From positions 62,001 through 126,000 of the forward strand of contig CP145412.1 in NCBI GenBank assembly GCA_036867785.1: a DNA stretch of 64,000 bases, read 5' to 3'. This DNA comes from Plasmodiophora brassicae. Its lineage: Eukaryota. The notes beneath the pieces were generated by a model, which saw only the letters and a list, made by a program, of their open reading frames with translations, did not search any database and was not told the DNA's origin. Shown one piece after another: positions 23,972-35,982 of this stretch (position 1 is the stretch's first letter; each line of letters starts with the position of its first letter). A program made the position numbers and the translations under genes.

Positions 23972-24856
23972 TTATCGTTGAAGTTGCGAGGCCGTCATGT
24001 GCGATAGATCTGGTAACTGCCTGACGAGGTCGCCGACGGCCTCGATCGAGGACAGCGTGGCGTCGTCGTCAGTGGCGGGCGCCTCCGTCGGCGCTGCCGC
24101 CGAATCGGGCAGGACCCAGAGGCTGTTCGTCGTGGACAGCGTACCGACGGGCGACTCCAGGCTGAATTTCCGTCGCAGCGGCCGATACGGCTCGGTAGGC
24201 GCGTTCGTGATCCCAATCCCGGCGAAGACCAGCTCGCCCAGCCTGGATTGGTAGAAGATCGACGACGTCGTCAACGGCCGCAACCGTCCGTCGGGCGACA
24301 GCAACGCCGGCCTGTTTGTCCCATTGGGCGTAAACGGATACTGGCAATGGTACGCGCGCATCCTACCGATCCTTTTCCCACCCAGCAATCAGTTGGACGA
24401 GGGTCGCCCCCTGCTCGTCGTCTTCATCGTCGCCTATGACGCCAACGCAGTCACTGGGCAGGAATTCGCGTAATCTCTGTCATCAGGGGACATCAGTGTC
24501 GTCGCTGTCCCTGCAACGTCCACGCCATGGACCTTCTCGACGAGCTGCTCGAACTCGGGAGATTCCAGGCCGACCAGCGGATCGGGCGCGGGTTCCGCAG
24601 GCGCCGCCGACGGTTGCTCGAAAGCGCCCCAGTCGTCGTGGTCGTCGTCTCCATCGGCGGCAGGTACCGCGGCGGCGTCGTTGAAATCGCCCCAGTCGTC
24701 CTCGTCGTTGGCGGCCGGTGCCACGTGGCCCCTGTTATCGTTGGCCGGCGACGCGAAGTCGCCCCAGTCGTCGTCGTCCGGCGATTTCGCATCGCCTGAC
24801 GCGCTTCCCGCCTTGCCGCCCGCCTTGACATCGTCGGCGACGGCCGCCGCCGACAT
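23972..24856 (-). CDS. Aftiphilin-like AP-1/clathrin accessory protein, multi-exon
   Basis: Three acidic WGDF/WGAF gamma-ear-binding-type motifs and a C-terminal LPDLSHM motif resembling aftiphilin; introns near 24537-24482 and ~24390. Confidence 0.6.
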
Positions 24857-25576
24857 TGAGATTCACGCGGCCCGACGTGCGGCGCCCCACGAAATATCTG
24901 AACTGGGGACCGATGACGGTCCGGCCGCAGTTCGGCGCTGGTCGTGCAATGCGGATCGGGGTCGACGAACGCCGACGGAATGGCGGCGGACAGCGGACGC
25001 GCGACTGGCGCCCTTCCGTTGAGAGTGCAGGGACCAACCAGCACGATACTCGTGAGGATGTCCGTGGCAGTTCACCCTTCACGAATATCGCGATGAGTCC
25101 CTGCTCTTACCGTCATGCCATTTGGGGTACGTACAGGTTGCTGGCGGCGCTCCAGCAAGGCGCCGAAGTGCTCCAGTTCGGGGTACGTACTGCGCAAACC
25201 CGCAGGTGCGCGCATTTTCGCGTAATTCCCGTCGGTGGACCACTGTGCGAACTGCAAGCGCCGCCGCAAGCGTCGCCGTGTCGAAGATGCGCCTGCAATC
25301 AATGACGTTGAGGCAGCTGAACGCCTGATGGATGCGAAGGCGAAGACCTAACAACCGACCCAGTTCTTCACGCGACCTGGCGAATGCTGTTCGTTATCTC
25401 GTTCAACAATTCCGTAAGTCAGACGGGATCGGTGCGAAGAAGGCACAGTACATGATGTACTGTAGCCTTCGGGCCGCTTACTATGCTGACTCGGAAGCGC
25501 GTCATGCAGCTGAGCATGGTTGACCTGTACCATTTCGTCAACATGAGATTTCTCCATCCGCATGAGGAGACGTTGG

Positions 25577-26151
25577 TACGTGTTGTTCCTGTAGCGCTTG
25601 AGGACCGTGCTGCTTTGACACATACAGCTGTCGCCCTTGTCGTCCAGGATAACCCCCGGGCGATATGTTGCCTTGGTAAGGGACAATCGGGCCGACGACG
25701 GGACCTTGTCAGCGTGGACCCAGCGTCGGGTAGAGAGGTCGTAGGACGAGTTCATAGGTTGATCTGCCATTCCTGACAAGCCATACGCGGCGGCTGTGCT
25801 TGTCTCGAACCAACACTCGAGAGTAAGACACCTCCACGAGGACTGTTCCTACATCTGCTGTCGATGGTGATCTTCAACGTTCGCGCCATCATCAACGATC
25901 TGTTCGGGGGCAAACTTCACGGTACACTAGACAAGCAAATTCGCGTATGGCTTGTCGGGAATGGCAGATCAACCTCTGAACTCGTCCTACGACTTCTCTA
26001 CCCGACGCTGGGCCCACGCTGACAAGGTCCCGTCTTCGGTCCGCTTGTCCCTTACCAAGGAGCATCGCCCGGGGGTTATCCTGGACGACAAGGGCGACTG
26101 CTGCATGTGTCGAAGCAGCAAGGTCCTCCAGCTCTACAGGAACAACACGTA
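25577..26151. repeat. Long imperfect inverted repeat (arms ~25577-25788 and ~25942-26151)
   Basis: ORFs 25348..25779(-) and 25952..26152(+) translate to near-identical peptides (MSGMADQP.NSSYD.STRRW.HADKVPSS...YRNNT). Confidence 0.9.
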
Positions 26152-26342
26152 GCGGTAGAAATGACACTTCCATAGCAATGCATGAGATAGGGATGCCAGA
26201 TGTCACTTGACGTCCGACTGGCACACGTACGCCAGCTCATGTGGCTCGTAATTCAGCAATTGTGAACACTCGCCTGAACGCCATTTCACCCAGCTTCGTC
26301 GCGAAATCACTGGGAACGCTGAGTGGTACCTGCTCGTTACGA

Positions 26343-26724
26343 TCAACGCACACTGCGAACGCCTTTCCTGTTGGTGTATCGGCTCAGCCAGCCACGTGAC
26401 GCGGATAACGATTGTAGGCGTTTCGCGGGTTTCTTGTCCAGATCGTCGCCAAAGTCTTTCAGCACCTGATCGCGAAAATCACGAGCTTTGCACTGTAGAA
26501 CGTCTCCGGTGATGTTGACATTGGGCGCGTCGATCTCGACACGTACCTGCCAGGCATAGAGCAGCAACCCGTCGATCATGGAGTAATACGATTCCATTTC
26601 CGCCACCTTCCTTTCCATCCCACCCACTGACTTTTCGCACAGTCGCCGAATCTCGATTTTCACCTTCAACCATTTCGTGACCCCTGGAACAAATTATGTG
26701 CTTAAACCGAGGTTTAACTCTGTA
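26343..26724 (-). mobile_element. Degenerate pogo/Tigger (Tc5) transposase relic: CENP-B-type HTH with a possible TIR
   Basis: ITGDVLQCKARDF...SASRGWLSRYTNRKG matches the HTH_Tnp_Tc5 pattern. The minus strand at 26724-26700 reads TA-CAGAGTTAAACCTCGGTTTAAG, similar to pogo-type termini. No DDE domain seen. Confidence 0.7.
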
Positions 26725-27119
26725 CCGGCGGATGCGACAGTCGCCCCAGGAAGACATGCTTCACCATCGTAGTCGAGCGGTTGAATCGTGACCGATCTGG
26801 GCTGCACCGACGCTGGTGAATTTGCACAGCTGAAACGATACCTGCCTGAACATGTCTCCAGTCGTACTACTGTCGACAGGCACGTGTAACAGTACATGGT
26901 GTCCAGTCAGAACTGATGTTGTTTAAATTATATACAGAGGGGGCGCGTGTTTGTGTGTGGACGCGAGGGCACAGAACTGACATGGAGGGCAACGTATTAG
27001 GGAATGCACATGGGGCAGGGATCGGCGAGTGCCGCAGGATCCTTGTCGCAGAAATATAAGAATGTAGATACAGGGGGTGGGGAGACAGACAGCGACGACA
27101 CGAGACCGCCCTGCCAGCG

Positions 27120-28608
27120 CTAGACCCGGTACGTCCGTACGACGTCCACGATTCGCTGTCTGCAGATCTGCAACGTCGTTCCTGTTAGACGCCATTGCGC
27201 GCACGATCGTTCACCGCTGCCTTACCGGGCATCGTTCGAGGTGGCTGGAGCATTCGACGCACGCGCACATGTGCCCACATTTGATAAGGACCGTGTTGAT
27301 GACACGCTCGAAGCAGATGTTGCAGCGGTCGTTCTCCGGCGGGTCGGGTGTCGGGTCCTGCCCCGGCCGTGTTGCTGGCTGCGATTTGGGTGCTGACGAC
27401 GTGGACGACGGCAGATGCTCCTCGAGCTTCGCCCGCAGCCTGTCGATCTCGGCCCGCAGAACGGCCGTCTCCTCCTCCTCCTCCTTCTGCTTCAGCGTCT
27501 GCATCGTCCTCGACGGCGTGAACGGGATCGGTTTGCGATCTTTGCGGACGCCATGCTCCCAGACCTCCATGAACGAGCACGACCCGGCCGCCGACGTGAA
27601 CGTTCCTTGCCCGTGCTTCTTGCCCGTTTCCCATCGTCCCTGGAACACGTCGCCGTTGGCGTAGTAGTACGTCCCGTCACCGCACTGGTCGGCATGGACC
27701 CACCACCCTTCGTACTTGTCGCCGTTCGCCCACTCGTAGACGCCGTACCCGTGGCGCCTGTCGTCCTGGTATTCGCCGATGTGCCTGTCGCCGCACGCGA
27801 ACGTCTTGATGCCCCGGCCATGCGCCTTGTCGTTCTCCCATTCGCCGTCGTATATGTCGCCGTTCGCCATGGTCTTCACGCCGTTCCCATGCATGCGGCC
27901 GTCCTTCCAGAATCCTTGGTACTTGTCGCCATTCGACCACGTGTACGTGCCGAACCCCTCGCGCTTGTCGAACGCGTACATGCCTTCGTGCAGGTCGCCG
28001 CAGGCAAACTTCTTCACGCCGCGCCCGTGCGCCTTGTCGTCCTTCCACTCGCCCTTGTACACGTCCCGGTTGGCCATGTACTTGACGCCGTGCCCGCACA
28101 TCTTCCCTTCCTTCCACTGCCCTTTGTACACGTCGTTGTTCGTCCACCGGTACACGCCATACCCTTCCCGTTTGTCCATCTGGTACAGCCCGTCGTGGCG
28201 GTCGCCGTTGGCGAAGATCTTCACGCCGTAGCCGTGCGCCTTGTCCTCCAGCCATTCGCCGTCGTACATGTCGCCGTTCGCCATCGTCTTCTTCCCGTGG
28301 CCCGTCATCTTGCCGTGGGCCCAGTTGCCCTCATAGACGTCGCCGTTCGCCCATCGGAACACGCCGTAGCCGTGCATCTTCGACCCGAGCCATTCGCCTT
28401 CGTAGGAATCGCCGGTCGCCCACGTGTACACGCCCTTGTGCGACTGCCTCGGGGACGGCGCCGCGTTCTCGTCGTTGACGATGTGGCCGCTGGCGCTGTC
28501 CTTCCACTGGCCGCCCGAACGCGTCGCCTGCTTGTTGCCCTGGGCCATGCGTTTGTTGCGGTGTGGGACGGCATCGCCGCTGGCAGTTGTGGGCTTCGAC
28601 GCCTCCAT
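27120..28608 (-). CDS. MORN-repeat protein with coiled coil and C-terminal C3HC4 RING
   Basis: About 12 MORN repeats (GDVYEGNWAHGKMTGHG...). RING CNICFER..CGHMCACVEC..ERCP is completed by exon ICRQRIVDVVRTYRV* after a GTAAGG..GCAG intron (~27225-27168). Likely start MEASK at 28608. Confidence 0.85.
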
Positions 28609-29362
28609 CAGCGACGACGAATGGGTGTGTTGGTGGTCGTGGGGGTGGAGGCCGTTGCCGACTGGCACCCGGTAACGCCAATGGTGGTCGTCCCGGTTTC
28701 CCTCCCTGTGGGCGGCGGCGGCCTGCGAAAACGACCGACGACGACGACGACGATCGTAGGCGGAACGGCTGGCGTTGTTCTCGTTTGTGTGTGACCGGCA
28801 CGACGACAGACCCGGTGTGCTGTCACAAATGGGTGCAGCAGCAGCCGCACTGTCAATGTCGTTGTTCCCTGGGACTGCACGCCCGCGCCCAAGCTGCAAT
28901 TCGCGTTGCTGCCCGACCGACCGTACGCAGGTCCAGACGGCCACACACGCACACACACACACCCCGGGCGAGCGAACGACAACGAGCGACGATCGGGTTG
29001 TCGACCACTTCCCTAAGTGCGAGGCCGCCCGCCACCGCCCCGCCAATCGGTCGCCGGGCGGGACGCCGCCGTTTTGCCCCGCCCGTCCCCCCTTCTGCGC
29101 CACTGGCGCCCGACTATGGGTTCGCACTGTCCCGGTTGCGCGTCGCCACTTGGGAACTGCATCTGAGTACATACAGTGCGGACAGCTGGCTATTTATGAT
29201 GGGGCGAGCAACGGTGCGCTTCCAGAGACGCACCTGGCTGCTGCGTTGGCAGTGCCGTTTGGCGCAGAGCGTATATACGCTGGTGCACGATGGCGAGGAT
29301 TGCCGGCGGTCCGTCCTCCCCAGTGTGTCTATACATAGACATGGCGGCCGGCGCGTGTAACG

Positions 29363-31641
29363 TCATTGGCGCAGGGCGATGCGGACGCGTTTCATGAAGA
29401 CATGGTCGGCGCGGATGTGTAACCAGTGCTGGATGGCGATGTTCGTCAGGGCGGATTGCTGCGCGTCGGTGACGGATCCGGCCACGTGGCGCGCGATGGG
29501 CGCCGGCGCGACGTCCGGCTGCATGAGACGGTCGTAATCGCCGGGGTCCAGGTCCAGGTCGATGCCTTTGAATTGCAACCACCGCGCACACGCTTGCTCG
29601 ATCTTGCCAATGATGATGAGCAGGGCGCACAAGTTGAACTGTGCTGGGACGCTGTCTGTACCAACATGGGCGTCAACATCGGGAACGGACGACATGGGTT
29701 CGCACGGGCGCAAACCGGGATCGTGGAATACGGCCCACTGCAGGACGCTGACGGCTTCCTGCTTCCGACGTAAACATAATAAAGCCAACGACTTGTTGAT
29801 GTACGCGTTGACCTGGAAGTACGAAACCTTGAGCGTCAACTGATGAACAGGCAATCGGGTTCACATACCTTGACGGAGACGTGCTCAGGTGGCGTCGCCA
29901 GGTCAGCTGATATAGGGATTGTGTGAACAACAATGCCGTCACAATAACCGCCTAGCGGCGTTACCTGACTTGGCACGCTTGAGAGGAGGGTCTGTCGATG
30001 TATGCGACGCCGAGCACAATTCGAGAATGCGATCCAAACCCGCAATGCAGTCCTCGTAGTGGGATAACGCGAAATGCGCCTGACTCCTATACTCGAGCAA
30101 CGGTACGTCGCTGGGAAACCTGTCTAGAAGACGCTGGGCACGATCTAAAGCGGACGCAGGGTCGTCGACGCATCGCAGCAGGAAATGGACGTACGATCTG
30201 GCGACGTCAACACTCTCAACGACCTGGACTGCGACGTTAGCAATACGCTGTCCCGCTGGAAGCTGGCGATTACGTTGGCGTGGCGTGAAAACAGTGTTGA
30301 TCCAGCAACAATGTCGGCCGTCATTTCGTAGCACCGGCACGCACGTTCAATGAGGGTATCGCGAGATATCGAAATCGTTGATGCATCCTACAGCAGTTCC
30401 TTAGCTTGTTCATCCTCGTTCAGTGGCAATGGTGTCATCACCTGGAGAAGGGCCTCGTAAATTTGGCAAGCGGCTGGGAATTCCTTTGATCGCTCCAGCA
30501 GAACGGCAATGTTGAACGCGGCGTACGGCTCGACTTGAGGGTGTTGAATGGCGCGATGAAAGAAGGCCTGAGCGTCGATAATGGTGGAATTCTGCCCATG
30601 GCAGCACCCGATGAAGAAATATGCGAACGGACGCGTTCGGCGCCCGGCAGACGTGAAGTGGGCAACTGCGTCGTCGAATTCTCCAGAAGCGAACAGGCAG
30701 TACCCTGTGGAGATTCAGTGAACTTCAGTGAGTTTGACAGCACAGAAAAGGACGTGACCTCGAAGGAATGCACTATCGTTGCTATTGTCATCTATTACGT
30801 TGGCGAGCGTAGCGACAGCGGCCTGCGTGCCGTCATCAACACTGGATTCATCTTTCGGACGAAGGATTGTGCCGGAAACAGCAGCGAACACATTCCTCGA
30901 CGATTCACGAGCATTGCACGGCGACTGCAATGCCCAGCACAGCGAAAGCACTGCCGAGCAGAGCGGTATTTCGTCGTCACAGTTCACCAAGCAAGCAGCG
31001 TACAATCGCAGCAACCGCGACTGGACCGGGAACTTGCCCTGACAGGAACGGTTCAGATAGTGAGAGTACTGCGGCATGTCGGTTTCCCAACCCCGCTGCA
31101 TGCAGAACTGATGCGACCGGAGCGGTCCACATCGAAATCTCGGACGACGTCGACGATGGTTCCCAGTTGCGCTGCCGGCGACGCTCGGCAAAGCGGCCAT
31201 GACACTGACATATGGGTCAGGAAGTCCACAGCAGCACACGCATCGTGAAGCGAGCAGAGAAGAACTCGCGCAACATCGAACTGTGCTTCGAGGAATTCAA
31301 CGGTCGCCGATCCAGAATCCTTCTCCAAGTACCATGTGCCTATGGACAAATCCCGACGATTAGGCCCAGCGACGGTTCACGTTCCAGGCGATCTCTACCG
31401 AGGATGTGATCGCATTTTGAGATGACAAAGTGCACCATTTGCCGGACCTCGTCCCGGGTCTACATTGACGCGAATCAGTGCTGATGAGCGAGTCGTTAGA
31501 TACGCCGGTCCCGACCAGCGACGACGCCAACCCCCGACTGATGTGACAGCACAGCGACCGTATCTGGACGAGCGGCGTCCCGGTCGCTGTCACAACCGCC
31601 CGCATCAGTGCGCCGACGTGCGACACTGCATCGGCGACCAT
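29363..31641 (-). CDS. Multi-exon TPR-like helical-repeat protein of unknown function
   Basis: Exon-like segments encode TPR-like helices (AAFNIAVLLERSKEFPAACQIYEALL; YRSQAHFALSHYEDCIAGLDRIL; AYINKSLALLCLRRKQEA). Start is uncertain. Confidence 0.5.
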
Positions 31642-33713
31642 GACGGCTCCCGAATGGATAGGTAGCCGGTCGGTCGGCTGCGACTGCCGGCGCAAAATTA
31701 TTGCCGTCCAACGTCACGGGGGCCAGTGCAGCTGCACCCGGAAGCCGGGCGCCAGCTGCAGTGCTCGCAGACGCGGTTCAAGGTGACCTGAAGCGCACCT
31801 CCTGTCGTGATCTTCTGCTGGTTCCGTCGCGTGCAGTGTGATCCGGTACCCCTTGCCCGGACGAATGTGTCGCCTGGTTGCGCATCGCGCGTCACGGGCA
31901 CCCGCGACTTGCAACGCCTGCATCGTCGTCACCAGCCACCCATGTCGCCATCACCGTTATCACGCCCGCCATTGATCATCTGCGTCGTCGTATTTTCCTC
32001 AAACGCTGCAGTACACTGACAAAGAATCTACAGGAGAGACGTTATCCGGTAGCAATGGCCACCTTCCCCACACCTTCCCGGTATTGCGGGGCGTCTGCAG
32101 TTGACGAATCGGCTGACAACGGCGCCCATCAGCGAATGTGTGCGCTCACATTATCGGAGGACGAAGTTGTTCGGCCTAGCGTTGACGTCAACTCATGGTG
32201 GGCAACCGCGTCCTGAATGAGAGTTCGCACATGCAGTATAAGCAGCTCCACCGTCAGCTGGCCCTGTTCTGAAAGCGGATTGGTGATTTCGAGTCGCTCA
32301 TGATTCTCGATGAGCGAGCGCGCACCGAATTCTGTCCATCGATGATGCCGACACACTCATGGCTTTCATCGGTTTCAAGGTCATGCCGCCAGGCTCTCCC
32401 GTTGTTGTGCATCGTGACGATGCTGCCAAATTCTCACCGCGTTGGTCCAGTTCTGGACACAGGGCTCGGTTACACGATTCAGAATACGGCCCGCTCTGGT
32501 GCCTTGCAACATGTACGATCACTGACAGCCGACGACAGCTGATTGCAGAGTTCGGACCGTTCCAGGCACCCGTTGAGAGGATAGAAGTAATCCAGAACTG
32601 GACCAACGCGGTGAAAATTGACAGCATCGTCACGATGCAGAACAACCAGTTGGCTTGACGGCAGAATGGCGCGCGGACATGGACGTTTGCTCGACTCGCG
32701 ACAACGTCACCAAGCCAAGGGCTCTGAGAAACATATCTGTACCAGCCCTTCTGTGCTCCGGAATTGATTGCACGTACCGGATCCAGATTACCGGCGGGAA
32801 TGAGTTCCCGGCGGTAATCTGGGTAAGCTGAAAGTTATGACAGGCGCAAAGGCGGACAACAGCCATCCACGAAGTGCACAATTACAGTGCAGGACCCACA
32901 GTGGGCAGACCTGCGCTGGATGACAGGATGTGAATTTCGGCCCCTGTTGTCCCGGTGGGCCTGGCATCCAGCGCACAGTTTATTTTTTAATGTCTGCTGA
33001 ATGCATATAGGAACCATCGGTGACATGCGTCGTGTTAATGTACAAACGACAGAACTGTCCCAGATGTCCCCCGATCATCTGGGTGTGACGTCGTCTTCCT
33101 GGCCGCGGACCGCACCCGATTCTAAACGGAACGTATCAGGAACAGTGGACCAGAACTTGGAAATTGCAAGTCGAGTTAGACCCGGCCAGCGCTCTCAGGA
33201 GAGGTCGGCCATTTCGAGGCCGAAAAGGGTGTGGCATCGGTTGATGAACGCTTCGGAACGTGCACGAGCTGCTTCGGTTTAACGTGAGGAAGGAAAACCT
33301 TTGAGCTGCTGAATCATATGCGGGCATGAGATTTGAGGGGGTCTTTCCTCGGGAAATCATTTTGCATAACGCTAGCGACTCTCTGTTCCTGACGTAATCC
33401 GGCTATATATGAAGGTAAAATGGTCCGTCGAGTAAACCGGCCCCGCAGGCTGCACAAATTGCAAGTCGCAACTCGGCAAGTTACTCGACAATGAAACAAC
33501 CAGCCACGTCTGGCCACTCCGGGGCGATTCTTGGAGAGACGGTGCGAGACGCGCCGGTCGCAGTTACTCTCGCAGAGTCCCGCAGTCGGCCGTACGGGAC
33601 AGGACCGCGCCCCGCAGTCCGTACGGGAGTAACGGGACAGGCCCGCGCCCCGCACCGTGCGGGGCGCGCACGTCATCATTCATTAGACAAACCCGGTGTT
33701 GCTGAGTTGGACG

Positions 33714-34541
33714 ATGCAGGTGCTCCTGGGTATGTTGCTGTGTGCGCTGCTGCTGACGTTCCGGTCGGGCGTCCATCTTTCCGCTGCCGGAACTAACGAC
33801 AACGACTGGGCGAACTTGTTCGACTTCGACAAGTTCGATGCCCGTCACCTTGTTGGCGCGGGTGGTGCAGCCATGGACCAACCGGGGTCTTCCGTTTATC
33901 GCACGGGCGACACCTGCCCAGACGACTACGTTAGCCAGCACGAGTTCGAGCATGGTAATGTGAATCTGATCAATTCGGAGATTCCTCCGACGAATCAGCC
34001 AGCATCGATTCACCACGTAAAGCCCAGCCAAGCAACGTCATCACACGGGCTTTCAGGAAATTACAACCCCAAGCAATGCCAGTACTGTCAGCGGACGTTT
34101 ACAAGAGCCAACGTTCGCGGACAACACGAGATGAACAGGTGCATCTTGCGAGGGCTTCCTGGCGCAATAGCGATCCGCTCAGCAGACGGGAGCCCCGCCG
34201 TACAATGCCGGACTTGCGGGCAGGAGTTTAAAAAGCAGAATTTATTTCGGCTTCACCAGGATGCGAATGGACACTGTCGTCTTCGCGAACAACCAGGCGT
34301 GGGTGACGATTCCTTGCCGCAATGCCCGATCTGTTTCGCGACGTCTTTCGACACGTTTGGCTTCGTGCTGCACGCACACACCTGTCTCGCTCGAGTACAG
34401 ATCCCTGGCGCTGAACTGTTGCAGACACGTGAGACGTTTGTCCTAAGATGCCAATCCTGCAAGAAGCCGTTTCTAACGGAGGACGGATTTCAGGATCACC
34501 TGAATCGCTGTCGATGGCGTACACGTGCCCAGCGTCCTTAG
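33714..34541 (+). CDS. Secreted zinc-finger protein, copy 1 (signal peptide, acidic motif, 4 C2HC fingers)
   Basis: Hydrophobic N-terminus MQVLLGMLLCALLLTFRSG; NDNDWANLFDFDKF; four CxxC-x12-H-x3-6-C motifs; intronless. Confidence 0.85.
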   Translation: MQVLLGMLLCALLLTFRSGVHLSAAGTNDNDWANLFDFDKFDARHLVGAGGAAMDQPGSSVYRTGDTCPDDYVSQHEFEHGNVNLINSEIPPTNQPASIHHVKPSQATSSHGLSGNYNPKQCQYCQRTFTRANVRGQHEMNRCILRGLPGAIAIRSADGSPAVQCRTCGQEFKKQNLFRLHQDANGHCRLREQPGVGDDSLPQCPICFATSFDTFGFVLHAHTCLARVQIPGAELLQTRETFVLRCQSCKKPFLTEDGFQDHLNRCRWRTRAQRP

Positions 34542-35667
34542 CACCCATGTGACATCAATACATGTTCTACATCGTTGACAGTGCAGCGCGCCGGGTGAGA
34601 GCGCGGCCGGTGGCGAACGTAGATTCGATCAGAATCTACCGCCAGTGTGCCTATCGGTCGTACCGCTCAAGCACGCGGCCCAGGTTCCTCTACGTTTCTG
34701 GACGGCGAACTTTGTCGGTAATAACGATGGTCAGCAACGTCGTGGTCGTCTGGGCGTCATAAGACGCCGGCCACTATTACGAGTTCGATCTGGAGACGAA
34801 GTTGCACGATGCCGCCCCACACCCACATTGTCATATTACGTGCAATAATATCGGTGCGACGTCAGCACCTGTCAATACACAGCTGCTGACTACCTACATA
34901 GGTTGACGACCTCCTGCCTGTGGGTCAGTTCGTGGGTATCCCGGGGATCCATGTCAGACAACGATCGACGGAGCCAACGGGTGCTCGTATTCGACACCGT
35001 ATGTATAATAGTTTAGAGCTGACTGAACAATACAATGTTATCCAAACGGCACGGCCGGGGCGCTACTCGTCGCGGGATCGCGGCTGCTGCGGATCGTTCG
35101 CGTTGGCGTCGCTCGGTTTCGGTCTGTTCAGGTTCGGCGAAGCTCTTGTCGGGCGACAATAGCTTTTGCTTGATCAGCGATGGAGATTGTTTCTGTTATG
35201 CGCTGCTCGGCACGTTCGATTCGGTCTTCACGACGAGCTTGCCCCACGTCCACAATTCGTGGGTTGCACCAGAGCGCGTCAATCACGACGTTCAGGTCGT
35301 ATGCAAATGGCAACAGTCAGCCGATATATACAAGGCCACCTGTCTCGCACCGACCCAGGAAGCCGTCCCGGGACGATGCGGATGAAGAACGAACTGCAGC
35401 GGTGGTTCTCCCACCTGAAATGTCAGGGGAGCAGAGCTCCGATCGCGTGACGTTCGCACGTGGTTCAAGGTCCACGGGTCGCGATGAGGGCACGTGACTT
35501 CATGGGTGTAACTTCAACCTCGGTTACGGCGCACGCGCCTGAACGACCCAGCGGGCCAGCAGTGAGCGCCATCTGCGAATGGCAGTCCTTCAGACGACGT
35601 ATTCTATTAATTCGTCGACCGTCATGTCTTATGGAGGTGTTTCCCGGCCAGTGGCCTGACATTCATT

Positions 35668-35830
35668 TCGACCCGGGTCTGACCCGTTGGCCTCAGGACT
35701 CGACCCGGGTCAGACCCGTTGGCCTCAGCACTCGACCCGGGTCAGACCACGTTGGCCTCAGGACTCGACTCGGGTCAGACCCGACTCGGCAGGTCCCTGA
35801 CCCGCCCGACCCGGGTCGACCCGTTGACAT
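35668..35830. repeat. Array of ~32-bp units built on the palindrome GACCCGGGTC
   Basis: tcgacccgggtc[a/t]gacc(a)cgttggcctcag[g/c]ac occurs 3 times plus partial copies. A related array lies at 63640-63785. Confidence 0.85.
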
Positions 35831-35847
35831 TAGGTACTGTCCGCGCT

Positions 35848-35940
35848 CCGCAGTCCGTACGGGACAGGACCGCGCCCCGCAGTCCGCACGGGACAGGACC
35901 GCGCCCCGCAGTCCGCACGGGACAGGACCGCGCCCCGCAC
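35848..35940 (+). repeat. Three 29-bp tandem repeats just upstream of ZF copy 2
   Basis: ccgcagtccgYacgggacaggaccgcgcc at 35848, 35877 and 35906; 1-2 related units upstream of copy 1 (33580-33655). Confidence 0.92.
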
Positions 35941-35982
35941 GTCATCACTCATTAGACAAACCCGGTTTTTCTGAGTTGGACG

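Noticed and set aside
28609-29172. N-terminal extension of the MORN ORF
   Set aside because: It runs through CA and GAC microsatellites and looks like 5' UTR or promoter.
32630-33030. Cys-rich peptides suggesting a KDZ/CxC transposase relic
   Set aside because: Motifs are scattered across frames and partly explained by the DNA hairpin; evidence is insufficient.
34640-35390. Short ORFs in the duplicated 3' flank
   Set aside because: Their similarity reflects recent duplication; frames break differently in the two copies.
35668-35940. CRISPR-like appearance of the ~30-bp repeats
   Set aside because: Units are directly adjacent with no unique spacers, there are no cas genes, and the context is eukaryotic.
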